Assembly (NCBI GenBank): GCA_013286785.1
Contig: JABDFC010000007.1
Span: 3,540-67,539, forward strand
From: Gammaproteobacteria bacterium
Lineage (GTDB): Bacteria; Pseudomonadota; Gammaproteobacteria; UBA6186; Azoamicaceae
Direction of reading: 5' to 3'
DNA: 64,000 bases
Positions 9,869-21,845 of the stretch are shown in pieces. The number at the start of each line of letters is the position of its first letter. The stretch's first letter is position 1. Below the pieces are notes generated by a model, which ran no database searches, was not told the origin of the DNA, and worked only from the letters and a program-made list of their open reading frames with translations. The position numbers and the translations under genes are program-made.

Positions 9869-11260
9869 ATGATAAAGGCTTTTTTAAATTTGTTGAAACC
9901 TGCTCCGTATTTGCCGGAGATAACTGATACGGCTGCCATTAAAAAAAATTACCGTTATTGGCGCACGCGTATTTTTTATTCCATGTATATTGGTTACTCA
10001 TTTTATTATTTCACTCGTAAGAGTTTTACTTTTATTACCCCAACACTCAGTGCAGATTTAGGCTTAACGAAAGATCATCTAGGCTGGTTAGTGAGTATAT
10101 TATCCCTCACGTATGGGATCAGTCGATTTACCAGCGGTATATTATGCGATCGATCTAATCCCCGATATTTTATGGCAATAGGGCTTATCTTAACCGGTGT
10201 CTGTAATTTGTTGTTCGGATTCTCTTCGTCTTTTGTTTTGTTTGCCATCTTTTGGGGTTTAAATGGTTGGTTTCAAGGTTGGGGTTGGCCCGCGTGTGCC
10301 AAACAATTAACCTTTTGGTTTTCACGAACAGAACGGGGTACTTGGTGGAGTGCGAGCACCACGTCTCACACGGTGGGTGGTTTTCTCATCGCTTATCTTG
10401 CTGCCTATTGTGCTAAATGGTACGGTTGGCGCTATGGAATGTTTGTTCCAGGGATCTTATCCATTGGGATTGGTTTTTGGTTGTTGAATCGCTTGAGGGA
10501 TGTTCCTCAATCATTAGGGCTTCCCTGTATTGAAAAATTTAAAGGCGAAGTGGTAGAGGAAGGGAAAAAAGAAAGTACTGCCATTCTGTCGGTTAAAGAA
10601 ATTTTATTTAAGCATGTTTTGAACAACAAATATGTTTGGATCCTCGCTCTTTCTTATTTCTTTGTATATTTAGTTCGAACCGCTGTCAACGATTGGGGGA
10701 CTTTATATTTAGTGGAAATGAAGGGCTATGGCAATATCGGAGCGGCTGCTTGCGTTTCTTGGTTTGAAGTGGGTGGCTTTTTTGGGATGCTGGTGGCTGG
10801 ATGGGGTTCCGACTATTGGTTTGATGGAAAACGAGCTCCCGTTATTATCTTAACTTCTATTGGACTGTCTTTTGCGATCTATGCGCTGTGGTTTGTGCAG
10901 GCAGATGATCTGATTTTAACTTCTTTTGTGATGGCTTTGATTGGCTTTTTGGTTTTTGGTCCCCAAATGTTGGTTGGGTTAGCCGCGGCTGAATTTGTCG
11001 ATAAAAAAGCCGCCAGCACGTCGAATGGTTTTGCCGGACTCTGTGCTAATTTAGGTTCTGTCGTTGCGGGATATCCTCTCTTAAAAATTGCCGATCTCTG
11101 GGGTTGGTATGAATTTATAGTGGCACTCTCCGTTTGCTCTTTAGCAATTGCGCTTATTTTATTACCGATGTGGTCTGTGGTGAATGAAAGTAATAAAACT
11201 GCAGATGTGGAAGAGGGCGAGGTTCCAGAAACCACCTCTGTCGGTGTTGCGGGGTCCTAA
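9869..11260 (+). CDS. MFS transporter, organophosphate:Pi antiporter family (GlpT/UhpC-like)
   Basis: The N-terminus YRYWRTRIFYSMYIGYSFYYFTRKSF is characteristic of GlpT/UhpT/UhpC. The profile has 12 TM helices over 463 aa. Confidence 0.8.
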   Translation: MIKAFLNLLKPAPYLPEITDTAAIKKNYRYWRTRIFYSMYIGYSFYYFTRKSFTFITPTLSADLGLTKDHLGWLVSILSLTYGISRFTSGILCDRSNPRYFMAIGLILTGVCNLLFGFSSSFVLFAIFWGLNGWFQGWGWPACAKQLTFWFSRTERGTWWSASTTSHTVGGFLIAYLAAYCAKWYGWRYGMFVPGILSIGIGFWLLNRLRDVPQSLGLPCIEKFKGEVVEEGKKESTAILSVKEILFKHVLNNKYVWILALSYFFVYLVRTAVNDWGTLYLVEMKGYGNIGAAACVSWFEVGGFFGMLVAGWGSDYWFDGKRAPVIILTSIGLSFAIYALWFVQADDLILTSFVMALIGFLVFGPQMLVGLAAAEFVDKKAASTSNGFAGLCANLGSVVAGYPLLKIADLWGWYEFIVALSVCSLAIALILLPMWSVVNESNKTADVEEGEVPETTSVGVAGS

Positions 11261-11265
11261 GGAAA

Positions 11266-12558
11266 TTAATTTCGTTGTTCTAAGGGAACAAATGCTCGTT
11301 CGAGTGTGCCAGTGTAGAGTTGGCGCGGTCGACCAATCTTCAGCTCAGGACTGCCTAACATTTCGTTCCAATGGGTAATCCAGCCAACCGTTCTTGCCAT
11401 TGCAAAGATGACCGTAAACATGTTGGTCGGGATCCCAATGGCTTTCAAAATGATGCCGGAATAAAAATCGACGTTTGGATACAGTTTCTTTTCAATAAAA
11501 TAAGGATCTTGTAAGGCAATTTCTTCCAGTTTTAAGGCAAGTTTAAATAAAGGATTGTCATGGATCTGTAATGCTTCCATAACCTCGTGGCAGGTTTGGC
11601 GCATCACCTTTGCTCTGGGATCAAAGTTTTTGTAAACGCGGTGGCCAAAACCCATTAGTCGGAAAGAATCATTTTTATCTTTAGCACGAGCAATGTATTG
11701 ACTAATACGGCTCACGTCTCCGATTTCAGTGAGCATGTTGATGACGGCTTCATTTGCTCCTCCGTGAGCAGGTCCCCAGAGGGCTGCAATCCCCGCAGAG
11801 ATACAGGCAAATGGATTGGCGCCAGAAGAGCCCGCCAATCTCACGGTAGAGGTTGAGGCATTTTGTTCATGATCAGCGTGTAAAAGAAAGATTTTATCCA
11901 TTGCTGCCGCGATCACGGGATTGGGTGTATCGGGTTCAGCGGGTAGAGAAAACATCATATGCAAAAAGTTCTCAGCATAATTCAAACTATTTTTGGGATA
12001 AACAAAAGGTTGTCCCAGCGAGTATTTATACGCCATTGCAGCAATGGTTGGCATTTTTGCAATGAGTCTTAATGCAGCCAGTTCACGGTGTGCTGGGTTT
12101 TTAATCTCAAGAGAATCGTGATAAAAGGCGGATAATGCGCCGACCACACCGCACAATATCGCCATGGGGTGAGAATTTCTTGGAAAACCATTAAAAAAAC
12201 TGCTCAATTGTTCGTGGAGCATGGTGTGATGGCGTATGTTACTGACAAAATCGTCTTTTTGTACCTTGTTGGGGAGTTCGCCATTTAACAGTAAATAGCA
12301 AACTTCTAGATAGTCGGAACGTTCTGCTAAAGTCGCGATAGGATATCCGCGGTGTAATAAAATGCCTTTATCGCCATCAATGAATGTAATTTTAGAGCTA
12401 CACGCGGCGGTGGATTGAAAACCGGGATCAAAAGTAAAAAGATCGTGGCGCGCAAGATCCGAGACATCGATCACTTGGGGACCTAAAGTTCCCTCGAGGA
12501 TGGGTAAAGAAATGGGATCTTTTCCGGGGAAGCGTAATTCTGCTGAATCGTTAGCCAT
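11266..12558 (-). CDS. gltA: citrate synthase (type II)
   Basis: 430 aa with [14 protein letters not shown] and [11 protein letters not shown] active-site motifs. Confidence 0.95.
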   Translation of the reverse strand: MANDSAELRFPGKDPISLPILEGTLGPQVIDVSDLARHDLFTFDPGFQSTAACSSKITFIDGDKGILLHRGYPIATLAERSDYLEVCYLLLNGELPNKVQKDDFVSNIRHHTMLHEQLSSFFNGFPRNSHPMAILCGVVGALSAFYHDSLEIKNPAHRELAALRLIAKMPTIAAMAYKYSLGQPFVYPKNSLNYAENFLHMMFSLPAEPDTPNPVIAAAMDKIFLLHADHEQNASTSTVRLAGSSGANPFACISAGIAALWGPAHGGANEAVINMLTEIGDVSRISQYIARAKDKNDSFRLMGFGHRVYKNFDPRAKVMRQTCHEVMEALQIHDNPLFKLALKLEEIALQDPYFIEKKLYPNVDFYSGIILKAIGIPTNMFTVIFAMARTVGWITHWNEMLGSPELKIGRPRQLYTGTLERAFVPLEQRN

Positions 12559-12760
12559 ATGATTTATACCCTATACCATTTATAAAAGAGTGGGATGCGC
12601 TGAACCCACATTATTTTATTATAGGAAAAGATTAAAAAACTGTAACTCAGTATATCAATATAATATGAGCACACCAATGTTTTTTAATAGTTTTTTAGTT
12701 AACTAATTGTAGTGTGCTACACTAACGCTTAAGAGGCATGTTTTATTCAGGGAGTGTTAT

Positions 12761-13195
12761 ATGTTATCGAGCAATTTTAGAGTTCAAACGTTATTGGTCG
12801 TTTCTTTAATGAGTGCTCCTCTCATGGCCGATGGAGTCCAAACCTCTTCTGCTGGTCAGGCGGGTGCTGTTTCGCCCGGAGCTCAAGCAGGAAACAACAG
12901 TAACAACAATAACAGCAGTGCGGCCGATTCCCCCGCCGAGCAAGCATACAAACAACAACTGATTCAAGTTTCTCAGGCCATTGATGCCAAGATTTCCGAG
13001 ATCCAAGCAAAGCAAAAAGAGCTTGATGAAGAAATTTATCCTGCGTCGCGACCCCCGCTCCAAGCAGATTTAAACCAGTTGAACCAGCAATTGCAGACCC
13101 TTCAATTACAACGGGATCAGTTGCAAGCACAAAAGACGGTGACCGACATGAGTAAACAGCTCAATAGTTCTTCCAAGAATCAATCATCACAGTAG
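12761..13195 (+). CDS. secreted low-complexity, Gln-rich coiled-coil protein
   Basis: Has a signal peptide (LLVVSLMSAPLMADG), an N/S-rich tract, then Q/L heptad-like repeats. A GGGAG Shine-Dalgarno sequence precedes the ATG. Confidence 0.5.
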   Translation: MLSSNFRVQTLLVVSLMSAPLMADGVQTSSAGQAGAVSPGAQAGNNSNNNNSSAADSPAEQAYKQQLIQVSQAIDAKISEIQAKQKELDEEIYPASRPPLQADLNQLNQQLQTLQLQRDQLQAQKTVTDMSKQLNSSSKNQSSQ

Positions 13196-13267
13196 CCGTT
13201 TGTTGGGTGAATTTTGGCAGGATCAGTGCTAGAGTCCAAAGAGGGGGCATAGGGGGTTGAGAAAACT

Positions 13268-13639
13268 GTGAAACGTCGGCCGATCAACTTAGATCTTCGA
13301 ACCATTCATTTTCCGGTTACGGCGTGGGTTTCTGTCCTACATCGGGCGTCGGGGGCATTTGTATTTTTAGTGATCCCCGTTATCCTCTGGATGCTGCAGG
13401 AGTCGTTGGCTTCCGAACAACGTTATATAACACTCTTTGAACGATTACAGCATCCTTTGATCAAGGTGATGCTGTGGATTTTCTTAAGTGCTTTGTTGTA
13501 CCACAGTATTGCAGGGGTTCGCCACATACTCATGGACTTCCATATTGGAGAGTCAAAGAAAGAAGCTCGAGCTGGTGCTTGGGTCGTGTTAACCCTGGTG
13601 GGAATTTCATTTCTGATTCTGGGATATTGGCTATGGTAA
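13268..13639 (+). CDS. sdhC: succinate dehydrogenase cytochrome b556 subunit
   Basis: RPINLDLRTIHFPVTAWVSVLHRASG is a typical SdhC N-terminus. It occupies the first position of an sdhCDAB operon. Confidence 0.9.
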   Translation: MKRRPINLDLRTIHFPVTAWVSVLHRASGAFVFLVIPVILWMLQESLASEQRYITLFERLQHPLIKVMLWIFLSALLYHSIAGVRHILMDFHIGESKKEARAGAWVVLTLVGISFLILGYWLW

Positions 13640-13980
13640 AACCGGTGTTTTCTTTTGGTAAAAGTGGATTGCAAGATTGGCTCTTACAAAGAATTTCAGC
13701 GGTCGTCTTAGTTATCTATGCCATCTTTTTGTTTAGCCAAATGATGGCAAATACCAAACACAGTTTTATTGCTTGGCATGAATTATTTTTAGGTGGATGG
13801 CTAAGGTGTGCGAGTCTTTTGGCGTTAATTAGCCTCGTGATCCATGCTTGGATAGGGATGTGGACAATCACAACAGATTACTTAAAGCCGGTCATCCTTC
13901 GTTTGCCGAGTCAAATCATCATTATTTTGGCGTTACTCGGTTACTTATATTGGGGAATAAAAATTATTTGGGGACTTTGA
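13633..13980 (+). CDS. sdhD: succinate dehydrogenase hydrophobic membrane anchor
   Basis: Start chosen at MVKPVFSFGKSGLQDWLLQRISAV, an ATG that overlaps the sdhC stop. Three TM helices are present. The track ORF from 13474 overlaps sdhC in another frame. Confidence 0.85.
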   Translation: MVKPVFSFGKSGLQDWLLQRISAVVLVIYAIFLFSQMMANTKHSFIAWHELFLGGWLRCASLLALISLVIHAWIGMWTITTDYLKPVILRLPSQIIIILALLGYLYWGIKIIWGL

Positions 13981-13983
13981 TCC

Positions 13984-15750
13984 ATGCCGATTGCAGAACA
14001 GTCGTTTGATACCATTATTGTTGGGGCAGGGGGAGCTGGAATGCGCGCAGCATTTCAGTTGGCGGAACATGGTAAAAAAGTCGCGGTTGTTTCTAAAGTA
14101 TTTCCAACACGTTCTCATACGGTCTCAGCTCAAGGGGGGATCAATGCGGCACTCGGGAACATGAGCGAAGATAACTGGCATTGGCACATGTTCGATACTG
14201 TGAAAGGTTCGGATTATTTAGGCGATCAAGATTGTATTGAATATATGTGCCGCGTTGGGCCAGAAGTCGTCTATGAATTAGAACATATGGGGATGCCTTT
14301 TTCCCGGTTAGAAAATGGCAAGATCTATCAACGCCCCTTCGGTGGACAATCAAAGCAGTTTGGCACTGGGGGACAGGCAGCTCGGACATCCGCAGTCGCC
14401 GATCGAACGGGTCATGCATTGTTACATACTTTATATCAGCAGAATCTTAAAGCGAAAACACATTTTTTTAATGAATGGTATGCTCTAGATTTAGTCAAAG
14501 ATTTATCGGGTCGAATCGCTGGAGTGGTTGCGCTTTCGATTGCGACAGGGGAATTATTATTTTTACGGGCACGAGCAGTGATCATCGCAACGGGTGGCGC
14601 GGGACGTGTCTATCAATCGACGACGAATGCCCTAATCAACACCGGTGATGGGTTGGGCATGGTCGTGAGAGCGGGTTATCCGCTGCAAGACATGGAAATG
14701 TGGCAAATTCACCCGACAGGGTTAGCGCATGTTGGGGTCTTAATATCAGAAGGTTGCCGTGGAGAAGGGGGTTATTTACTCAATAAAAACGGCGAACGCT
14801 TTATGGAACGATATGCGCCTCATGCAAAAGATTTGGCTTCACGCGATGTTGTTTCTCGAGCCATTGCCTTAGAAATTCGTGAAGGAAGAGGCTGTGGTCC
14901 GGAAGGAGATCACGTCTTACTTAAAATTGATCATTTGGGCAGTGAAGTCATTCACAGTCGATTACCTGGGATCCGAGAATTATCCATGACATTTGCGAAT
15001 GTCGATCCCATCATTGAACCCATTCCCGTGGTTCCGACTTGTCATTATATGATGGGTGGGATCCCAACCAATAAATTTGGTCAAGCCTTAACCATCACGC
15101 TGACAGGCGAAACCGCGGTTGTTCCAGGCTTATATGCGGTGGGTGAGTGTTCCTGTGTCTCTGTTCACGGCGCCAATCGATTGGGGGGAAATTCCTTATT
15201 AGATTTAGTGGTGTTTGGGCGTGCTGCGGGGATTCACATTTTAGAGCATCTGAATGATGATGAATTAACAGGACAAATGGTTAAAGATGTCGATCTCGAT
15301 CTTGCTTTAGAACGGTATAATCGTTGGAATACCCGTAAAAATGGGGAAAGATTTGTGGATGTCCGAAATGAAATGCAAAAAGTCATGCAAAATGATTTTG
15401 GGGTTTTTCGTCATGAAGAATCGATGTTGTCCGGGATCAAAAAACTGAAAGACCTTCGTGAAAGATTGAAGTTTGCCAGCTTGTCGGACACGAGCCAAGT
15501 ATTTAATACTGCACGGATTGAAGCCTTAGAGTTAGATAATCTGATGGTCGTTGCAATCGCAACTGCCTTGTCGGCCGAAGCCAGAAAAGAAAGCCGCGGT
15601 GCCCATGCGCGCGAAGATTTTCCAACCCGAAATGATAAAGAATGGTTAAAGCATACGGTTTATTTTCCCAATGATGAAATCAGATATCGTGCGGTGAATA
15701 TGCAGCCACTGTCTGTTGAGCCGTTCCCACCGAAAGAGAGGGTCTATTAA
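13984..15750 (+). CDS. sdhA: succinate dehydrogenase flavoprotein subunit
   Basis: [19 protein letters not shown]-binding motif, SHTVSAQGG (FAD-linked His), 588 aa. Confidence 0.97.
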   Translation: MPIAEQSFDTIIVGAGGAGMRAAFQLAEHGKKVAVVSKVFPTRSHTVSAQGGINAALGNMSEDNWHWHMFDTVKGSDYLGDQDCIEYMCRVGPEVVYELEHMGMPFSRLENGKIYQRPFGGQSKQFGTGGQAARTSAVADRTGHALLHTLYQQNLKAKTHFFNEWYALDLVKDLSGRIAGVVALSIATGELLFLRARAVIIATGGAGRVYQSTTNALINTGDGLGMVVRAGYPLQDMEMWQIHPTGLAHVGVLISEGCRGEGGYLLNKNGERFMERYAPHAKDLASRDVVSRAIALEIREGRGCGPEGDHVLLKIDHLGSEVIHSRLPGIRELSMTFANVDPIIEPIPVVPTCHYMMGGIPTNKFGQALTITLTGETAVVPGLYAVGECSCVSVHGANRLGGNSLLDLVVFGRAAGIHILEHLNDDELTGQMVKDVDLDLALERYNRWNTRKNGERFVDVRNEMQKVMQNDFGVFRHEESMLSGIKKLKDLRERLKFASLSDTSQVFNTARIEALELDNLMVVAIATALSAEARKESRGAHAREDFPTRNDKEWLKHTVYFPNDEIRYRAVNMQPLSVEPFPPKERVY

Positions 15751-16448
15751 TGAAATTTTCTATTTATCGTTATAACCCGGAAACCGATGAAAAGCCTCGC
15801 ATGCAAGATTATGAATTAGATCTCAAGAAAACACCGGCAGCGATGGTGCTAGAAGCTTTAAAGATTATCAAGACTCAAGATGAAACCTTATCGTTTCGAC
15901 GCTCATGTGGAGAAGGGGTTTGTGGTTCCGATGGTATGAATATTAATGGAAAAAATGGATTGGCTTGTATTACACCATTAGCGTCGTTAACAGAGCCGGT
16001 GGTTTTAAGGCCTTTACCGGGAATGCCAGTGATTCGAGATCTCATTGTCGATCTCACCAACTTTTATAAACAATATGAAAAAACCAAACCGTATTTACAA
16101 AATAGCCAGCCTGCTCCGGGTGTAGAACGTTTACAGTCTCCCAGCGAGCGCGAGAAGCTAGATGGATTGTATGAATGTATTCTCTGTGGGTGCTGCTCGA
16201 GCGCTTGTCCTTCTTATTGGTGGAACCCCGAGAAGTTCTTAGGACCAGCGGCGGCTTTACAGGCGGCACGCTTCATTGTGGACAGTCGGGACGATGCCAC
16301 ACCAGAACGTTTAGCACAATTGGAAGATGCCTATAGTGTGTTCCGGTGTCGCAGTATTATGAATTGTGCGGATGTTTGTCCCAAAGGTTTAAACCCCAAT
16401 AAAGCGATTGGTGAAATTCGTGATAAGCTTCTGAAAGATGGAGTTTAG
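15750..16448 (+). CDS. sdhB: succinate dehydrogenase iron-sulfur subunit
   Basis: Cysteine clusters CGEGVCGSDGMNINGKNGLAC, CILCGCCSSACP and CRSIMNCADVCPKG are present. Confidence 0.97.
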   Translation: MKFSIYRYNPETDEKPRMQDYELDLKKTPAAMVLEALKIIKTQDETLSFRRSCGEGVCGSDGMNINGKNGLACITPLASLTEPVVLRPLPGMPVIRDLIVDLTNFYKQYEKTKPYLQNSQPAPGVERLQSPSEREKLDGLYECILCGCCSSACPSYWWNPEKFLGPAAALQAARFIVDSRDDATPERLAQLEDAYSVFRCRSIMNCADVCPKGLNPNKAIGEIRDKLLKDGV

Positions 16449-16774
16449 CTGTAGAGAAAAAATGAAATAATGAGAAAAAGAAAAACATACAGACTCATCC
16501 AGACACTGCTCATATTTCTTTTCATATAAAAAACACCCGTCACTAACAATAATCGGGCGAATTGCGCGAAAATCAACAAAAAGAGTCCATATTGAACGAA
16601 CATGTTTTCAAGTGGTGGTTGTAAGCTATTTTTAATGACAATCGTGGTTTTTTCTATTTCATCGCCATGCAGGCACACGTAAAGAACGCCGCCACTGATA
16701 ATCAACAGCAGTGCCAAAACAAGTAGGGCGTCTAAAAATTTGTTTTGAAATTCAATTAAATTTCGTCTTTTCAT
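16445..16774 (-). CDS. small membrane protein (DUF1634-like)
   Basis: 109 aa with three predicted TM helices, overlapping the stop of the upstream TauE gene by 4 nt. DUF1634 commonly partners TauE/SafE genes; the family call is from memory. Confidence 0.5.
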   Translation of the reverse strand: MKRRNLIEFQNKFLDALLVLALLLIISGGVLYVCLHGDEIEKTTIVIKNSLQPPLENMFVQYGLFLLIFAQFARLLLVTGVFYMKRNMSSVWMSLYVFLFLIISFFLYS

Positions 16775-17586
16775 GAGATGTTTTTTATTCCAATAAATAA
16801 CATTTCAAACGCGAGAATGACTGCAAAGATACTAAAAATAATTCTCAGTAAATGTGATTTGGCAAACTGTAAAACTTTCGAACCAATTAACGCACCAATA
16901 AAGATACCGATTACCACAGGCGACACCAGATAGGGATCAATATAGTGATTTGCAAAATAGACTCCGATACTCGTGAGAGCGGTGATCCCCATCATGAAAT
17001 TGCTGGTCGCTGTTGATACTTTGTAGGGAAGCTTTAGTATTTGATCCATTGCCAGTACTTTAACAGCCCCGGAACCCACCCCTAAGATACTTGAAAGTAC
17101 CCCCCCGATGATCATAAAAAACCATCCTTGGAATAATTCTGTTTTGCGATAGCTTGTGAGTTCTCGGTGTTGAAAATTGGTATGAACGGCAATTAAATCT
17201 TCTCCCAGGGGACTGCGAGTGACCGTTGAGTAAGCCGATAATAATAAAACCACGCTAAAGGTAATGGCAATGATGTAAATGGGCAAATAGACTAATAAGA
17301 AGGCACCGACAAATGCTCCGAGTACAGCCCCTGTTTCTAAAAAAATGCCCATATTGAAATTGGTAAAGCAGCGTCCAGAGGGAGTCGATGCAGCACTCAT
17401 GGAGGTGGTAATAATCGAAATTAAGGATGCGCCCATGGCGTGATATAAATCCACACCCATTAAGGTCAGAATGGGAATAAGCAACATGCCGCCCCCCAAG
17501 CCGGTTAGCACGCCAAACACCCCAGTGAAGCAAGAGATCAGAAAAACGGATGCTGAAAAGAGAAGAATTGTCATTGTTGTCGTCAA
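16771..17586 (-). CDS. TauE/SafE family anion (sulfite-type) exporter
   Basis: 271 aa, about 8 TM helices, with repeated GxGGG motifs (LTGLGGGMLLIP, ILGVGSGAVKV). Confidence 0.7.
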   Translation of the reverse strand: MTTTMTILLFSASVFLISCFTGVFGVLTGLGGGMLLIPILTLMGVDLYHAMGASLISIITTSMSAASTPSGRCFTNFNMGIFLETGAVLGAFVGAFLLVYLPIYIIAITFSVVLLLSAYSTVTRSPLGEDLIAVHTNFQHRELTSYRKTELFQGWFFMIIGGVLSSILGVGSGAVKVLAMDQILKLPYKVSTATSNFMMGITALTSIGVYFANHYIDPYLVSPVVIGIFIGALIGSKVLQFAKSHLLRIIFSIFAVILAFEMLFIGIKNIS

Positions 17587-17773
17587 AGACTCGAATCAAT
17601 AGGCCTATCGTCCATTATAGTCGCGATTATCATTTTCTGAGCGGGGTTAAAAAGAGTCGGATATAGAGTGCCGTTTTGCCCTTATTCCTCGCAATGTAGA
17701 GCTATTCTTAGTGTATAATCCCGCATTCAGCGGGAAAGCTTTTCTAATTCTATAATTAGTTTAGGTAACTATC

Positions 17774-20638
17774 ATGAGTGTCTCTATGAGTTTAACAAAG
17801 GCGACCATGGCTGCATTACAGCAAACATCGCTACTGGATGCTGGTAGTTCATCTTATTTAGAGGAACTCTATGATCACTATTTGACCGATCCGATGAGTG
17901 TGTCACCCGAGTGGCGGGATTATTTTTCAGAACTCCCGGCAGTGGGGAAGGGCGGACCAGAAGCGAGACACTTAGAAATCCTTGCGGAATTTAAGCAGAG
18001 GGTCAGGCACCCTCGCTTGCAAAGTTTAGGCAGAGAAGAATCACCCTCGAGTCTCGACAGTTTAAAAAAAGCCTTATTGCATGAACATAAGCAAGCACGG
18101 GTTTATGAGTTAATCGAAGCGTATCGTCTATTAGGTCATTTACAAGCCGAAATAGATCCCTTAAAGAGGCGGAATGTGCCGCTGGTTCCCGAATTAATGA
18201 CAACCTATTATCATTTTACGAAAGAAGATCTCCAGACTTTATTTGATGTAGGGACTTTACCAGGCGCTAAACAACGTTCATTACATGCCATCATTGATAC
18301 TTTAAAACAACTCTATTGTCGGACCATTGCTTCAGAGTTTATGCACATCCCAGATTCGCCAGAGCGAATTTGGGTCCAGAGTCAAATTGAGAGTTTTTTT
18401 TACGAAGAGAATGTGTCAAAAGAAACAAAGCTTCGTTTATTGAAATCAATTTCGGCTGCAGAAGGTTTAGAAAAATACCTGGGGGCAAAATATCCAGGCG
18501 CGAAACGATTTTCGCTTGAAGGAACAGACAGCTTAATTGTTGCCTTAGATACTCTGATCCAACAAGGGGGAGCAAAGGGCGTTAAAGAGATAGTGATCTG
18601 TATGGCGCATCGGGGTCGTCTGAATGTTTTAGTCAATTTATTAGGCAAAAAACCAAACCAATTGTTCGATGAATTCGAAGGTAAGCATTATGATGAATCA
18701 TTGGAGTCGGGAGACGTTAAATATCATCAAGGATTTTCTTCCGATATTTCTACGCCGGGCGGCCATGTTCATTTGTCGTTAGCGTTTAATCCTTCGCATC
18801 TTGAAATTGTGACGCCAGTGGTTTGTGGTTCGGTTCGTGCCAGACAAGAGAGCCGCGGCGACTCAGAGTTCGATCAAGTGTTATCCATTGCCATTCATGG
18901 GGACGCGGCCTTTGCAGGACAGGGAGTGGTCATGGAAACCCTCAATATGTCGCAGACACGTGGTTTTAGAATTGGTGGAACTATTCATATTATTGTCAAT
19001 AATCAAATTGGTTTTACGACCAGTAATCCGCAAGATGCGCGTTCAACACTCTATTGTTCAGATATTGGGAAAATGATGGAAGTTCCTATTATCCATGTCA
19101 ATGCAGACGATCCTGAGGCAGTCTTTAAAGTAATGCTCTTTTCCTTAGAATATCGAGCAAAGTTTAAAAAAGATGTGATCATCGATTTGGTTGGCTATCG
19201 TCGCCAAGGCCACAACGAAGCAGACGAACCGGCAGCCACACAACCTATCATGTACCAACTCATTCGCCAGTTACCGACGGTTGCAAAACTCTATAGTGAT
19301 CGTTTAGTCAATGAAAAAATAGTGAACCAGGAAGAAGCCGAAAGCATCACGAGAGAATATCGGAATTCCTTAGAAAGTCGGCAACAAGCAGTAGCACTGG
19401 ATTTACTGACCGATGTTCAACGAGAGTTTGTGAGAGATTGGAAACCCTACCGTTCAAAGGATTGGCGTATAGCAGCTGAAACGGGGGTATCACTGTCCGT
19501 TTTAAAGGCGTTGGCCGAAAAACAAACTACGTTGCCACAAGGGTTGGTGCTACACCCCAGGGTCGAGAAGATTGTACAAGATCGCATTAAAATAACGGCG
19601 GGAGAATTACCCATCGATTGGGGGTATGCCGAAACCTTAGCGTATGCAACTTTATTACAAGAAAATTTCTTGATCAGGTTGTCAGGGCAAGACGTGGGTC
19701 GAGGGACTTTCTTTCATCGTCATGTCGTACTTCTTAACCAACAAGATGGCACTGAATATATTCCATTGTCTCATTTAAGTGATCAACAAGCTCCCTTTAC
19801 GGTGGTCAATTCTTTATTGTCTGAAGAAGCGGTCGTTGCATTTGAGTATGGTTACGCCAGTGCAGAACCTAGAGGTTTAATCATCTGGGAAGCGCAGTTT
19901 GGTGATTTTGCCAATAATGCGCAGGTTGTCATCGATCAGTTCATCAGTTCAGGCGAACAGAAATGGGGACGATTGTGTGGATTGGTTCTTTTCCTTCCCC
20001 ATGGATATGAGGGGCAAGGGGCAGAGCATTCTTCAGCGAGATTAGAGCGGTATTTGCAGCTTTGTGCTGAGGACAACATTCAAGTATGTGTTCCAACCAC
20101 ACCCGCACAAGTGTTTCACATGTTGCGTCGGCAAGTTGTGCGTGGGGTTCGCAAACCCTTAATTGTGTTAACCCCTAAAAGTTTGTTGCGTCATAAATTG
20201 GCGGTTTCAACTCTGTCCGAATTAGAGACGGGTCATTTTTGTCCTATTTTAGGTGAGGTGGATCCCATCGACCCGTTAGAAGTCAAAAAGGTAGTGCTGT
20301 GTTCTGGGAAAGTTTATTATGATCTGCTAGAGCTAAGACGCACCGAAAATCGCAAGGATGTTGTTGTGATTCGCATTGAACAGTTATATCCATTTCCCGA
20401 TGTGGAATGCCGCTCTCTATTGGAGCAATATCCCAATGCACGCCAGATTGTTTGGTGTCAAGAAGAGCCTAAGAATCAGGGTTCCTGGCATCACGTGCTA
20501 GAGTATATGAGGGATTGTTTAGGAAAAGATCAACAATTGTCTTATGTAGGCCGCCAAGCCTCTGCTGCACCGGCAGTGGGGTATTTACATTTACATCAAG
20601 AGCAGCAAAATGCGCTCATTAAAGACGCTTTGAGTTAA
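17774..20638 (+). CDS. sucA: 2-oxoglutarate dehydrogenase E1 component
   Basis: 954 aa with [23 protein letters not shown] and [11 protein letters not shown] motifs. Confidence 0.97.
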   Translation: MSVSMSLTKATMAALQQTSLLDAGSSSYLEELYDHYLTDPMSVSPEWRDYFSELPAVGKGGPEARHLEILAEFKQRVRHPRLQSLGREESPSSLDSLKKALLHEHKQARVYELIEAYRLLGHLQAEIDPLKRRNVPLVPELMTTYYHFTKEDLQTLFDVGTLPGAKQRSLHAIIDTLKQLYCRTIASEFMHIPDSPERIWVQSQIESFFYEENVSKETKLRLLKSISAAEGLEKYLGAKYPGAKRFSLEGTDSLIVALDTLIQQGGAKGVKEIVICMAHRGRLNVLVNLLGKKPNQLFDEFEGKHYDESLESGDVKYHQGFSSDISTPGGHVHLSLAFNPSHLEIVTPVVCGSVRARQESRGDSEFDQVLSIAIHGDAAFAGQGVVMETLNMSQTRGFRIGGTIHIIVNNQIGFTTSNPQDARSTLYCSDIGKMMEVPIIHVNADDPEAVFKVMLFSLEYRAKFKKDVIIDLVGYRRQGHNEADEPAATQPIMYQLIRQLPTVAKLYSDRLVNEKIVNQEEAESITREYRNSLESRQQAVALDLLTDVQREFVRDWKPYRSKDWRIAAETGVSLSVLKALAEKQTTLPQGLVLHPRVEKIVQDRIKITAGELPIDWGYAETLAYATLLQENFLIRLSGQDVGRGTFFHRHVVLLNQQDGTEYIPLSHLSDQQAPFTVVNSLLSEEAVVAFEYGYASAEPRGLIIWEAQFGDFANNAQVVIDQFISSGEQKWGRLCGLVLFLPHGYEGQGAEHSSARLERYLQLCAEDNIQVCVPTTPAQVFHMLRRQVVRGVRKPLIVLTPKSLLRHKLAVSTLSELETGHFCPILGEVDPIDPLEVKKVVLCSGKVYYDLLELRRTENRKDVVVIRIEQLYPFPDVECRSLLEQYPNARQIVWCQEEPKNQGSWHHVLEYMRDCLGKDQQLSYVGRQASAAPAVGYLHLHQEQQNALIKDALS

Positions 20639-20648
20639 GGAAAACAGG

Positions 20649-21824
20649 ATGAGTATAGAAATTAAAGTTCCCGTGTTACCAGAATCCGTGGCAGATGCTA
20701 CCATTGCGACTTGGCATAAGAAAGTGGGCGAAAAGGTGAAGCGCGATGAACACTTGTTGGATGTAGAAACAGATAAAGTTGTTTTAGAAGTGGTAGCCCC
20801 AGACGATGGGTATTTGGAAAATATCCTGAAAAAAGAAGGGGAAAAAGTACTCGCTCAAGAGACGGTCGGGCTTTTTAAAGCAGAAGCGATCACCGAAGAA
20901 GTGGCAAAGACTGTTCCCAAAGCCGCGGAACCAACCGACAAAAACCCAGTGTTAACGCCGGCAGTCAGACGAATTGTTGCCGAGCAAGAGGTTTCAATCA
21001 GTGGAATTTCGGGTACGGGTAAGGGCGGACGAGTCACTTCAGCTGATGTTTTGGCGGTTGGGAACAAAAAAGAAACGACTGTGTTAAGTACACCGCAGGT
21101 TGAAACTGTTGCAGCACTGGGTGCCAGAGAAGAAAAACGGGTAGCAATGTCGCGTCTTAGGGCTCGAATTGCTGAACGTCTGTTACAAGCACAACAAACC
21201 GCAGCCATTTTAACGACCTTTAACGAAATCAATATGCAGCCTGTGATGAACATCAGACAAAAATATAAAGAAACCTTTGAAAAAGATTATGGTGTTCGTT
21301 TAGGCTTTATGTCTTTCTTTACCATTGCTGTGGTCGAAGCGCTTAAACGGTTTCCAATTGTTAATGCATTTATTGATGGCAATGATATCGTGTATCACGG
21401 TTATTTTGATATTGGTATTGCAGTGTCTTCCCCCAGAGGGCTTGTGGTTCCCATTATCCGCAATGCCGAAACGCTCGATATGGCAGAAATCGAGCGAAAA
21501 ATTGCAGAGTTTGGGGAGAAAGCCAAGAATGGTCAGCTCAGTATTGAAGAAATGACTGGAGGCACTTTTACCATTTCGAATGGGGGCGTGTTTGGTTCCC
21601 TCATGTCTACACCCATCATAAATCCCCCGCAAAGTGCTATTTTAGGGATGCATAAAATTGAGGAAAGACCAGTGGTTGAAAACGGCCAGATTGTCATTCG
21701 GCCCATGATGTATGTGGCAATGTCTTATGATCACCGCATTATCGATGGTGCAGAGTCGGTTCGTTTCTTGGTGACGATTAAGGAGTTATTAGAAGATCCA
21801 GCAAGATTATTACTGAACGTTTAA
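20649..21824 (+). CDS. sucB: dihydrolipoyllysine-residue succinyltransferase E2
   Basis: Has a lipoyl domain ([11 protein letters not shown]), a PSBD segment and the catalytic motif [13 protein letters not shown]. Confidence 0.97.
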   Translation: MSIEIKVPVLPESVADATIATWHKKVGEKVKRDEHLLDVETDKVVLEVVAPDDGYLENILKKEGEKVLAQETVGLFKAEAITEEVAKTVPKAAEPTDKNPVLTPAVRRIVAEQEVSISGISGTGKGGRVTSADVLAVGNKKETTVLSTPQVETVAALGAREEKRVAMSRLRARIAERLLQAQQTAAILTTFNEINMQPVMNIRQKYKETFEKDYGVRLGFMSFFTIAVVEALKRFPIVNAFIDGNDIVYHGYFDIGIAVSSPRGLVVPIIRNAETLDMAEIERKIAEFGEKAKNGQLSIEEMTGGTFTISNGGVFGSLMSTPIINPPQSAILGMHKIEERPVVENGQIVIRPMMYVAMSYDHRIIDGAESVRFLVTIKELLEDPARLLLNV

Positions 21825-21845
21825 ATTACCGGATGGAGCGATAGA

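Noticed and set aside
13474-13632. The N-terminal extension of sdhD in the track ORF.
   Set aside because: It overlaps sdhC in another frame. The ATG at 13633, overlapping the sdhC stop, gives the normal 115-aa SdhD.
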